A DNA stretch of 63,732 nt, filler included, from Folioceros fuciformis (Eukaryota): the NCBI GenBank assembly GCA_049999805.1. It is 9 parts of 9 records of this genome, joined end to end, with 100 filler letters (N's around TTAATTAATTAA, not from the genome) between each part and the next. Parts side by side here need not be neighbours in the genome. Positions count along the whole stretch, not along the records: positions 12,719 to 14,554 come from JBNGIO010004401.1; positions 14,655 to 19,154 come from JBNGIO010004402.1; positions 19,255 to 32,515 come from JBNGIO010004403.1; 6 more parts are not named here. One strand, written 5' to 3'. Position 1 is the first letter of the stretch. Every line of letters starts with the position of its first letter. Below are positions 12,719-24,450 of the stretch, one piece after another. The translations under genes were made by a program, and so were the position numbers. The notes beneath the pieces are model-generated. The model had not been told where the DNA came from, did no database searches, and saw only the letters and a program-made list of their open reading frames with translations.

Positions 12719-13631
12719 CTATCTTTATTTAGTTTAGTAAACTATACTATTAAGCTTTAGATATAATAATATACTTAAAATAGATTTATCTAAGCTTTAT
12801 TAAAAAGCTTTTAACTTTTTTTAAACTAGTCTATTATACTAGTTATTAAAAAGTAAGTAAGCTATAAAGTATTAGTTATATTATAAAGTACTTATAGAAA
12901 GAAAGTTTTATATATTTCTACTTATCTACTTCTATTCTTCTCTAAGCCTATAGTAGAAATTACTAGTAATAGAGTTTAATTACTTAGAGTAGCTAAATAA
13001 AAGTTCTAGAGTTAAATTTTTATAGATTAATAGAAAATAATTACTAAAGAGTAGTCTATATAAATATCTACTACTTAAAGTTTATTAAATATATAAAGTA
13101 GTTTAACTCTATTTCTCTAAAATAAATTTATAATAAGTAAGTAGAAACTTTTACTATAATTTCTACTAGAAGTAGACTTATCTTAGACTAGTAATATCTA
13201 AATCTTACTATATAGTTTTATAAGTATATAGATATCTATTATTAGGCTCTTACTAGGTAGAGAACTATATATCTAGCTACTATTATTATAATTTATTATA
13301 AGAGTAATTATTAGTATACTCTATAATTATTAGATAACGTTAATTTTAAGTAAGTATTAAAGTAGATAATATAAAGCCTTAATTAATACTAGTTTATAGA
13401 GGTATATAGCCTATATATAGTAGACTATACTTTAAGTCTAGATAAAAAAGTAGTTATAGTAACTTATTTATATATAGAGTTTCTAGTTAAAATACTTCTA
13501 CTATTATATTTAGCTTATAGTAAAATATAGTAATATAAATATATATTTTCTAGTCTACCTAGTTAAGTAGACTATTTTAGTAGTATAACTACTACTTTAA
13601 GCTTCTACTACTCTAGTTATATCTATAGTAT
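12719..13631. other. Extremely AT-rich, RIP-mutated sequence, probably fungal repeat DNA (duplicated at 13642-14554)
   Basis: On manual reading: no CA or TG dinucleotide in 913 bp, one CG, a large TA excess and no ORFs. Confidence 0.8.
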
Positions 13632-14654
13632 NNNNNNNNNNCTATCTTTATTTAGTTTAGTAAACTATACTATTAAGCTTTAGATATAATAATATACTTA
13701 AAATAGATTTATCTAAGCTTTATTAAAAAGCTTTTAACTTTTTTTAAACTAGTCTATTATACTAGTTATTAAAAAGTAAGTAAGCTATAAAGTATTAGTT
13801 ATATTATAAAGTACTTATAGAAAGAAAGTTTTATATATTTCTACTTATCTACTTCTATTCTTCTCTAAGCCTATAGTAGAAATTACTAGTAATAGAGTTT
13901 AATTACTTAGAGTAGCTAAATAAAAGTTCTAGAGTTAAATTTTTATAGATTAATAGAAAATAATTACTAAAGAGTAGTCTATATAAATATCTACTACTTA
14001 AAGTTTATTAAATATATAAAGTAGTTTAACTCTATTTCTCTAAAATAAATTTATAATAAGTAAGTAGAAACTTTTACTATAATTTCTACTAGAAGTAGAC
14101 TTATCTTAGACTAGTAATATCTAAATCTTACTATATAGTTTTATAAGTATATAGATATCTATTATTAGGCTCTTACTAGGTAGAGAACTATATATCTAGC
14201 TACTATTATTATAATTTATTATAAGAGTAATTATTAGTATACTCTATAATTATTAGATAACGTTAATTTTAAGTAAGTATTAAAGTAGATAATATAAAGC
14301 CTTAATTAATACTAGTTTATAGAGGTATATAGCCTATATATAGTAGACTATACTTTAAGTCTAGATAAAAAAGTAGTTATAGTAACTTATTTATATATAG
14401 AGTTTCTAGTTAAAATACTTCTACTATTATATTTAGCTTATAGTAAAATATAGTAATATAAATATATATTTTCTAGTCTACCTAGTTAAGTAGACTATTT
14501 TAGTAGTATAACTACTACTTTAAGCTTCTACTACTCTAGTTATATCTATAGTATNNNNNNNNNNNNNNNNNNNNNNNNNNNNNNNNNNNNNNNNNNNNTT
14601 AATTAATTAANNNNNNNNNNNNNNNNNNNNNNNNNNNNNNNNNNNNNNNNNNNN

Positions 14655-15953
14655 GCCATACCCTCCAGTTGCATAATCAGTTCGGCAGAGAAATGCCAAA
14701 GCCATGAAATGCGGAATCTGCCAGAAGTACAAAGCACCCAGCTTGCCGGATCAAGGTGTCCACAGGCAGCAGCCCATCTGCCATCAGCGAGTAAAATCAT
14801 CTTCAAATGGCAAAGACTCATCTTCCAATTAAGCTAACCCTGAAGGCACACAGCTAAAGCACAACAGGAAACGCAGTAACACTGTTGACTCTATAACACA
14901 ACGGAACATGGACAATAACATCACGCAAGAGGTAGCCCCGCGCATGACCAACTACAATTTCATTTGCAAGTGGTGCCACAAACTCAACCTACCCCATGAG
15001 CGGAGGAATGGCACCAACAACTGCCCCAACCCAACTATTAACAGGATGGATCTGCTTGAGAGGAGTGTATGCGACAGTGTACAACGCGATATTCACAGCT
15101 CCTAAGGTGGCTGTCAATGCGTTAGTCTGCAACACAGTTGAGAAAGAAATTTCCCATCAAAACCCGAGAACGAGAGCTTTGACACAGCAAACAGGAAATA
15201 TGTTTGTTAGGGCGGGCGCCAAAAAGAAGAGTCACTCCACCATCCCGTGCTCGGAAGAGTTCGAATGGAGAGAGAGAACCTTCCAGGCCAGTACAGTAAT
15301 GCCAGTAACGCCAAGACAGGCGGCCCACACCAAAGCATGAGACACGGTCACGCGCCCTGACGGCAGCGGCCTTCGCATGGTCCGCTTCATAACAGCATCG
15401 TTGCCAACTTCCATCGCCTGGGGCCATCAATCCATGGCATCAGCCTGGAACCAAAGTTCACGGAATTCATGCGTGGCGAGCATTCCCCGAGCTGCAACAT
15501 CATCTGCAAACCGCAAAAACTAGCACCTGGTTGAATGCGCTGACAGATGCAGCAGCCATCATGGTCCCAGCTGCTGTCCACAACCTCTCCGCTTCCCATT
15601 ACAAATCCTACTCCTGCAGTAGACACGACCAGCATGCGGCAACCAGCAGGGAGGGTGGATCCACATGTCAAAATCCTGCAATTGGCATCCAGGCGAGACG
15701 CAGTTCTATTGCTCGGCAGATCTCACCTGAGCCGAGCCTTGGATAGCTGCCAATGGCATTGCCCGTAGTGCCGGATGGCCTCCGCCAGCGGCCTGGACGT
15801 ATGGGCCCAGACCTCGGTCTGTCCGGCAGCTGGTGCTGCAGCTGCCAGAGCCCCACAAGCTGAAGCAGAAGATCGGCGCACACCGAGGACCAGGAGAGCG
15901 CCGCTTCTCCAGGCCCCCGCCGCTCTGACCAGTGCTCCCAGCGTCATGGCCAT
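14655..15953 (-). pseudogene. COX10: Protoheme IX farnesyltransferase (heme O synthase) pseudogene, 3' truncated
   Basis: Exons encode [60 protein letters not shown] and LYFWQIPHFMAL. Frameshifts near 15576 and 14733; exon-2 acceptor reads CG instead of AG. Confidence 0.88.
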
Positions 15954-16909
15954 TCCCACCTGCCAGAGCGCGCGTCGACACCAGCTAGGAGCACCAGGAG
16001 CATTGAACAACTGGACGCGACGGGAAACCGGGCGACCATACGGTGACCGGAGGCGCCGGGGGAAGTGGGACCCCTTGGTGACCGGATGCACCGCTCATCT
16101 CAAGCCCTTTTCTCATCATCGTCGGTGACGGGAGAGCGATCGCCATGCAGCTGCGGGATAGGGTAGGAAGGGAGTGAGTTGCATCGTATGAGTTGCAGAA
16201 GAAGAAACAACGAGAACAAGGATGGAATCCATTTACGGAGATCCTTGCCCTCCATGTCGTCCACCAACGGTACATCTAAGCTGAATTTTTTTGACTCAGA
16301 TCACTTGATCCGATTTGGTGGTCTCCCCTTTGTTTTGACGCGCAGTGATGCCGTATCTGCAAGATTTCATCGCAAGTATGTGATGTTCTTGCTGAAAGAT
16401 CTTTTCCTCCGATGTCAGCCGTTGCTGTATTTCAAGCCTTCCGTTTCTGATGTCTCCCAAAACCCTAAGACTTGAGCCATCTCTATATTACGTGTTGTCC
16501 TCGAGCCGTTTCTGTTGTAAGCTTGAACGTCAATCCCTCGCGGTTCTGATGACACTATTTCGGCAGGTTTGGGAGGGTTGCCTGCACATCTTCAGAAGCA
16601 GTATGGTCCCATCCTCTACTTTTGTGTGTCACCTCTTAACGGAGAGGAAACTAGCGTGCACCATGCTGGAACCGAAGAAAGAGGGAACAAGGAAAACAGC
16701 AACCATCCAAGCGGGCAGATCATTGTTTGTCATTCGGTAGACTTGGGTCAGGCAAAGGCAGTTATTGCGGATCGCATGGGCTCGGGAGTAAGAGAGGAGA
16801 CAGGTGGACCTCGAGTTGATCTGGTTGGTCTGACGAGGATACCATCACCTCAATTTGGGTGCTGCAGTCACTTGGGATTCATTCATTGGTCTCTTACCAN
16901 NNNNNNNNN

Positions 16910-18208
16910 GCCATACCCTCCAGTTGCATAATCAGTTCGGCAGAGAAATGCCAAAGCCATGAAATGCGGAATCTGCCAGAAGTACAAAGCACCCAGCTTG
17001 CCGGATCAAGGTGTCCACAGGCAGCAGCCCATCTGCCATCAGCGAGTAAAATCATCTTCAAATGGCAAAGACTCATCTTCCAATTAAGCTAACCCTGAAG
17101 GCACACAGCTAAAGCACAACAGGAAACGCAGTAACACTGTTGACTCTATAACACAACGGAACATGGACAATAACATCACGCAAGAGGTAGCCCCGCGCAT
17201 GACCAACTACAATTTCATTTGCAAGTGGTGCCACAAACTCAACCTACCCCATGAGCGGAGGAATGGCACCAACAACTGCCCCAACCCAACTATTAACAGG
17301 ATGGATCTGCTTGAGAGGAGTGTATGCGACAGTGTACAACGCGATATTCACAGCTCCTAAGGTGGCTGTCAATGCGTTAGTCTGCAACACAGTTGAGAAA
17401 GAAATTTCCCATCAAAACCCGAGAACGAGAGCTTTGACACAGCAAACAGGAAATATGTTTGTTAGGGCGGGCGCCAAAAAGAAGAGTCACTCCACCATCC
17501 CGTGCTCGGAAGAGTTCGAATGGAGAGAGAGAACCTTCCAGGCCAGTACAGTAATGCCAGTAACGCCAAGACAGGCGGCCCACACCAAAGCATGAGACAC
17601 GGTCACGCGCCCTGACGGCAGCGGCCTTCGCATGGTCCGCTTCATAACAGCATCGTTGCCAACTTCCATCGCCTGGGGCCATCAATCCATGGCATCAGCC
17701 TGGAACCAAAGTTCACGGAATTCATGCGTGGCGAGCATTCCCCGAGCTGCAACATCATCTGCAAACCGCAAAAACTAGCACCTGGTTGAATGCGCTGACA
17801 GATGCAGCAGCCATCATGGTCCCAGCTGCTGTCCACAACCTCTCCGCTTCCCATTACAAATCCTACTCCTGCAGTAGACACGACCAGCATGCGGCAACCA
17901 GCAGGGAGGGTGGATCCACATGTCAAAATCCTGCAATTGGCATCCAGGCGAGACGCAGTTCTATTGCTCGGCAGATCTCACCTGAGCCGAGCCTTGGATA
18001 GCTGCCAATGGCATTGCCCGTAGTGCCGGATGGCCTCCGCCAGCGGCCTGGACGTATGGGCCCAGACCTCGGTCTGTCCGGCAGCTGGTGCTGCAGCTGC
18101 CAGAGCCCCACAAGCTGAAGCAGAAGATCGGCGCACACCGAGGACCAGGAGAGCGCCGCTTCTCCAGGCCCCCGCCGCTCTGACCAGTGCTCCCAGCGTC
18201 ATGGCCAT
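16910..18208 (-). pseudogene. COX10: Duplicate of the COX10 pseudogene (14655-16899 repeated at 16910-19154)
   Basis: Identical sequence offset by 2255 nt across 10 Ns. Confidence 0.85.
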
Positions 18209-19254
18209 TCCCACCTGCCAGAGCGCGCGTCGACACCAGCTAGGAGCACCAGGAGCATTGAACAACTGGACGCGACGGGAAACCGGGCGACCATACGGTG
18301 ACCGGAGGCGCCGGGGGAAGTGGGACCCCTTGGTGACCGGATGCACCGCTCATCTCAAGCCCTTTTCTCATCATCGTCGGTGACGGGAGAGCGATCGCCA
18401 TGCAGCTGCGGGATAGGGTAGGAAGGGAGTGAGTTGCATCGTATGAGTTGCAGAAGAAGAAACAACGAGAACAAGGATGGAATCCATTTACGGAGATCCT
18501 TGCCCTCCATGTCGTCCACCAACGGTACATCTAAGCTGAATTTTTTTGACTCAGATCACTTGATCCGATTTGGTGGTCTCCCCTTTGTTTTGACGCGCAG
18601 TGATGCCGTATCTGCAAGATTTCATCGCAAGTATGTGATGTTCTTGCTGAAAGATCTTTTCCTCCGATGTCAGCCGTTGCTGTATTTCAAGCCTTCCGTT
18701 TCTGATGTCTCCCAAAACCCTAAGACTTGAGCCATCTCTATATTACGTGTTGTCCTCGAGCCGTTTCTGTTGTAAGCTTGAACGTCAATCCCTCGCGGTT
18801 CTGATGACACTATTTCGGCAGGTTTGGGAGGGTTGCCTGCACATCTTCAGAAGCAGTATGGTCCCATCCTCTACTTTTGTGTGTCACCTCTTAACGGAGA
18901 GGAAACTAGCGTGCACCATGCTGGAACCGAAGAAAGAGGGAACAAGGAAAACAGCAACCATCCAAGCGGGCAGATCATTGTTTGTCATTCGGTAGACTTG
19001 GGTCAGGCAAAGGCAGTTATTGCGGATCGCATGGGCTCGGGAGTAAGAGAGGAGACAGGTGGACCTCGAGTTGATCTGGTTGGTCTGACGAGGATACCAT
19101 CACCTCAATTTGGGTGCTGCAGTCACTTGGGATTCATTCATTGGTCTCTTACCANNNNNNNNNNNNNNNNNNNNNNNNNNNNNNNNNNNNNNNNNNNNTT
19201 AATTAATTAANNNNNNNNNNNNNNNNNNNNNNNNNNNNNNNNNNNNNNNNNNNN

Positions 19255-20250
19255 CAGGAACACTGTGTCGGTCAAAGCTTTACAACAGAGTTTCAACAAG
19301 ATCTCGCAGCAGGCCGGAGTGAAGGCGCAGGTTGCTGCCTTCAGGAAGCTATCCTCCGGCTTCAATGTTTCTCCTTTGAAGGTGGAAAATAGACCTGCAT
19401 TGCAGTGGAACCCTCTGCCTTCCCGATCCGTGCAGATCTCGGCGGTGCTGAAGGGGAAGTCCAAGACTGTAAGTTGTTGAAGTGTGTGCGTTTTTGCTGA
19501 AGATTCGATTGCCCGAGTTATCGTGACGGCTTCCGCTCACTTGAGTTTCTGTTTTTGCAGGATTCCAAGTCCAAGACCGAGGATGGCATCTTCGGCACAT
19601 CCGGTGGATTCGGTTTCACCAAGCAAAATGAGCTTTTCGTCGGCCGTGTTGCCATGCTCGGCTTTGCGGTATGCAACTTCACCGTCTTCCTCGGGTGGTG
19701 TGTTCATGAGCTGGTCGTCGTGGTTCGACCGTCATGTCCCCTTATTTTCTGTTCGTCCCTTCTGTTGCAGGCTTCTCTGCTGGGCGAGGCCCTGACTGGG
19801 AAAGGAACTCTGGAGCAATTCGATTTTGAGACCGGCATCCCGTTGTACGAGACGGAGCCGCTCCTGCTTTTCTTCATCCTGTTCACTCTGCTTGGGGCCA
19901 TCGGAGCTCTGGGAGACCGTGGGAAATTCGTCGACGAGCCTCAGACGCCCTTCATCCAACCTGGCAAGGGAGTCAAGGGTGCCCTAGGGCTGAATGAGAA
20001 GGGGCCGACTTTTGGATTCACCAAGGCCAATGAATTGTTCGTGGGGAGGTTGGCTCAGCTTGGAATTGCGTTTGCCATCATTGGTGAGGTCATCACCGGC
20101 AAGGGTGCTCTCGCCCAACTGAACATTGAGACAGGGATCCCCATCCAAGATATCGAGCCCCTCCTTCTCTTCAACATCGTTTTCTTCTTCCTTGCCGCCA
20201 TCAACCCAGGTACAGGAAAGTTCATCAACGACGACGATATCGCCGAGTGA
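19255..20250 (+). CDS. PSBS: Photosystem II 22 kDa protein PsbS, 5' partial; exons about 19258-19468, 19561-19668, 19771-20250
   Basis: EDGIFGTSGGFGFTKQNELFVGRVAMLGFA and GFTKANELFVGRLAQLG LHC-type helices, two ETGIP motifs, GT-AG introns. Confidence 0.97.
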
Positions 20251-20911
20251 TGCCGCCCTCACAAGTTCAGACCTATCGCAGACTCCGCTCTCTTCAATGT
20301 AAATTTGACGAATTTTCTCACAAAGACACTGCAGGATCCTGCCCTTTTGGCACAATGAAATTTGGTTTGTCTTCTGGAAATTAAAGGGTCTTAAAAGGCG
20401 AAAAGACACGTCTTCTCTAGTTCACTTCATGTTGCTTCTTGTTTCACTAATGCAATTCCGGACCTCTGAGTCTGTCCCACGTTTGACGAAGTCTTTGCGA
20501 AAAGTTGGATGACGTTTTCTCGACATTCAATGTTGGACTATCTGATTCGAGATACGCTTCCTGAGTATTATATGCCAAGCGATTTGACTGTAGCCAACTT
20601 GCGCCTGCGCCTGCACCGACATGGAAACTATTCCACGACATCCTTACATGCTATCGTGAAAGGTCAGCCATTGTAATCGTGCTTTCCTTGTGACCTCCTT
20701 GAGAGATGGCTTGTATGTCTAACTGGTCAGTAGAACATCTAATTGCCTTCCTCACGCATCGCCTGCATTGTGGACAAGTCGGAAACGATGCCACTTCTAC
20801 CCAACAACCATGATGCGCCAGCAACGAACTGTGAAGATTCCGGTGTACAGAGCAGCGTAGGAAAATCCGGGAAGGTAGTACCAAGTGTGGGTCTCTCTAG
20901 AGCCTTGCAAC

Positions 20912-23313
20912 ATGGATGAAGAACAGAATTACTATGTAAACATCGACGCCTTCGTCAATCCCAACCGAGATAAGAGCAGTCCAGCAAGGATAGTTGGGGT
21001 CGACCACAAGTTGTACAATCCAGAAGCACCCATACCAAGAAGAATTTGGCCAGAGGATGATCTGCTGGCCTACTTCCCCAAGCAACTATCCGTGACGTTC
21101 CAACAAGCCTCAATCCCCAAGGAAAATTACCCGGCCCTGCTAATCTTCCCCGAATTGTTTCATCGCCGGAAGCAGCCAGCTACAAACACGGCCGTGGGCA
21201 GTAGCAGCACATCCCTAGCAGACTCCGCCAATCCTGACCTAGCAGGTCACACCCCAAGATGGGCAGAGCCTCCCAAGGGGGGAATCGCCTCGCAGGAAAA
21301 GGAAGCCATCATGCGCCGAGTCACCGACGACTGTTACAGCCTCTTCACATCNNNNNNNNNNNNNNNNNNNNNNNNNNNNNNNNNNNNNNNNNNNNNNNNN
21401 NNNNNNNNNNNNNNNNNNNNNNNNNNNNNNNNNNNNNNNNNNNNNNNNNNNCCGAGCCTACCCTGGAGTTCAACATCCTCTACACGGAACACACCGCCAC
21501 CCTCTCGATGGAGCCCAGTGAAGCAGCCAACATCCCCGTCTCCGCCATGCTCAGCCGCATGGGCCCCGACATCTCCCGGTTCCTCCAATGCCACAACCTT
21601 GCTCCCCTCTCCTCCGACTCCTACAACGTCTACCTCGCCCCCTACGCTGCCCCCAAAACCATGGTGGCGGAGTGGGCAGCCCTCACCAACACCGCCATCG
21701 TCCTCTACCCGAAGAAGAACCCCAACATCAGCTTCTTCCACCGCAGCGAAAACGTGCCCACCCTCCTCTCCGAAGTCCGCACCATCCTCCGCAAGGCCAA
21801 TTTCCAGCTCAAGACCCTGCAAACCCTAGCGCAGCTGGTGCAGCAGCAGTGGCTGGCAATCGCCGCCCGCCCGAAATGGAGGCAGTGGGATCAGTTGGAT
21901 CAAGCACCCAACTCCTTCTACCGCATCCTCCGCCGCGCCATGCTCACCGCGGAACAGAACACGGCGGAGCTCCACTCCAGGCTCACCAACCCCTGCAGCT
22001 CCCTGCAACGCCACGCTGCTCGGGCACGCAAAACCCCCGAGCAATACATCCTCGCCACCTGCTCTCATCTCACACGCCTCCGCAAGCAGAAGGAGACTTC
22101 CTCCCAAGCCATGGCAGCAATGGGCCCCGAGCTCCCGCGCCATCGGAGGGACGCAATCGCCCAGCTCGAGGCTGAAGCGCGGAACGCTGAGAGGCGGCTC
22201 TGGTACAGAGCTGGGCCCATGTTCCAGGTCTGGGGACGGGCGTTCATCCCCTACGTCCGGAGGCGGATTGCTGACCTCCTCCCCCGCAACGCGTCCATCC
22301 CTGTTTATCTAAACACGTATGGGTTCCCGAGGAACGAGACGTCCTGGAACACCGTGCTGGAAGAGATCAAGAACAGGCCGGACCTGTTGGAGAGGTTCAA
22401 GCTCCACGGCATGACTTGGGACGAACTGAGCCATACTTTGACGTGGGGCAGAAATATCCACCACATTCATCAGGTGCCCCGGCCACCCAAGCTGCTCCGC
22501 GACCCCCGCCCCTGGAAGGCCACCCGGCTGTACGTGGAGGGCACCAACGTGTGCCACCAGTCCGTCAGCCCGGCTCACCAGGCCGCCGCCATCACCAGCC
22601 CTGCCCTCAGAGAATTCCGGCCCCACTTGGAGAAGATCTGGAGAGTGGTTTACGCCGAGAACGATCTTGATGTCTTCCAGCTCGCGGAAGACTTCTTCAA
22701 TCCCTCCGGCGGCTCCCATTCCCCCGACCTCTCGTTTGCGCAGCAGGACCGACGACCATCACAGCAGCAGCAGCTAGGGCTTCTGAAGCGAGGGTTTCAG
22801 ACACACCAGGATCGGCGGCTTCAGGGGCCAGGTTCTTGTAGAGCCAATCAGGGGCCCCATGATCAGCAGCCTCAGGAGCCAGGCCACTGGAGAGCCAATC
22901 AGCAGCCCCAGGATCAGCAGCCTCGGGAGCCGGGCCACTGGAGAGCCAATCAACAGCCCCAGGATCAGCAGCCTCAGGAGCCAGGCCACTGGAGAGCCAA
23001 TCACAACCCCCTGGATCAGCAGCCACGGGAGCCAGTCCACTGGAGATCCAGTCAGGAGCCCCAGAATCAGCAGCCTCAGGAGCCAGGCCACTGGAGAGCC
23101 GATCAGAAGCCCCTGGATCAGCAAACTCGGGAGCCAGGCCACTGGAGATCCAGTCAGCAGCCCCAGAATCAGCAGCCTCAGGAGCCAGGCCACTGGAGAG
23201 CCGACCAGCGCCGAACTGAGCAGCCCAGCAACACTTTCGCTACGTTTCCAGACTACTTTCGATCTAGGGACAAACGGGGGAGTCCTGACGCGAAGTGGCG
23301 ACCCAAAGGGTGA
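20912..23313 (+). CDS. Large intronless hypothetical protein with C-terminal 17-aa tandem repeats (spans a 100-N gap)
   Basis: Open frame 20912-21351 before the gap and about 620 open codons after it; strong third-position C bias; no family recognised. Confidence 0.7.
22810..23210 (+). repeat. 51-bp coding tandem repeat, 7 copies plus 1 degenerate
   Basis: Unit GATCAGCAGCCTCAGGAGCCAGGCCACTGGAGAGCCAATCAGCAGCCCCAG, encoding DQQPQEPGHWRANQQPQ. Confidence 0.95.
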
Positions 23314-23426
23314 AAGGAAGTGGTGCCGGACTGGTGGCAGTTATAACGACCATAAGCACGTGCCGCACAACGGCGAAATTTATTTTTGTTATAAATACAT
23401 ATTTACAACCTAAGCATTGACAGTGA

Positions 23427-23498
23427 GGGCATTTGGTCTAGTGGTATGATTCTTGCTTAGGGTGCAAGAGGCCGCGAGTTCGATTCTCGCAATGCCCC
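23427..23498 (+). tRNA. tRNA-Pro (AGG)
   Basis: Acceptor stem GGGCATT/AATGCCC, A-box TGGTCTAGTGG, anticodon arm CTTGC-TTAGGGT-GCAAG, B-box GTTCGATTC, T4 terminator at 23510-23513. Confidence 0.97.
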
Positions 23499-24029
23499 GG
23501 AGGTAGGACTTTTAGCAAGTCATTCCGTTCCCAGAACTTCGAGACCTCTTATGTCAAGGGAGGACAACACTTCGGTGGGTAACGTGATTCACGAGGGCAT
23601 CGCGGCATACGAGGTTGTGGTCGGGTTTCTTAACGGATGGGCACGGTCTGCCCAACCGGAGTTGTTGTGTACTGCCCGCCGAACAGACCGGCCTATGCCC
23701 AGGGAAAATTAAAAAGAGCTACCGCTCACCTCAGCGGATGGCGTCAAGGGCTGGCAAACAATGGCTGCCAGATGCAGTGTGAGGAGATCCGCGGAGTCCT
23801 ATGAAATGGGTGAGCGGGGACAGCTTTGCCAAGGATGGTCGTCGCCAGGAGCATGGGAACCCACCACCGGGATAAGAGCAAGCCACGATCGCCTGACTTG
23901 CGGCATATGGGTTCCGGGGAGGTGTTATGGTTAAACAGCGTGTTCAAGCGTTTGGATGGGGGGAGGCTGCAGGAGGATGTGCTCACACGCTTGGATGGAC
24001 GGAGGCTGCACGATTCCTTGCAAACATGT

Positions 24030-24113
24030 GCGCAAAATAAGGCATAGTACAATAGATGCGCAAAATAAGGCATAGTACAATAGATGCGCAAAATAAGGCA
24101 TAGTACAATAGAT
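24030..24113. repeat. 28-bp tandem repeat, 3 copies
   Basis: GCGCAAAATAAGGCATAGTACAATAGAT repeated three times. Confidence 0.9.
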
Positions 24114-24137
24114 ATAAGTACAAGTACCTCCTTTAAG

Positions 24138-24450
24138 AAGCTTTTCAATCAGACCCCTCTAATTGGGAATAAGCTTTTCAATCAGACCACTCTAATTGGG
24201 AATAAGCTTTTCAATCAGACCCCTCTAATTGGGAATAAGCTTTTCAATCAGACCCCTCTAATTGGGAATAAGCTTTTCAATCAGACCCCTCTAATTGGGA
24301 ATAAGATTTTCAATCAGACACCTCTAATTGGGAATGAGCTTTTCAATCATACCCCTCTAATTGGGAACAATTGGGAGTAGCAACCCTAATTGGGAATAAG
24401 AAGCTTTTCAATCAGACCCCTCTAATTGGGAACAATTGGGAGTAGCAAAA
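24138..24450. repeat. 33-bp tandem array, about 8 copies, derived from a transposon TIR
   Basis: Unit AAGCTTTTCAATCAGACCCCTCTAATTGGGAAT; its core is the reverse complement (one mismatch) of 25479-25500. Confidence 0.92.

Noticed and set aside
16100-16899. Possible gene divergent from COX10 (e.g. LQKQYGPILY, vaguely P450-like)
   Set aside because: Motif too short and no consistent exon chain could be built.
24138-24450. 33-bp repeats as a CRISPR array
   Set aside because: Units are contiguous with no unique spacers, there are no cas genes, the context is eukaryotic, and a TIR origin explains them.
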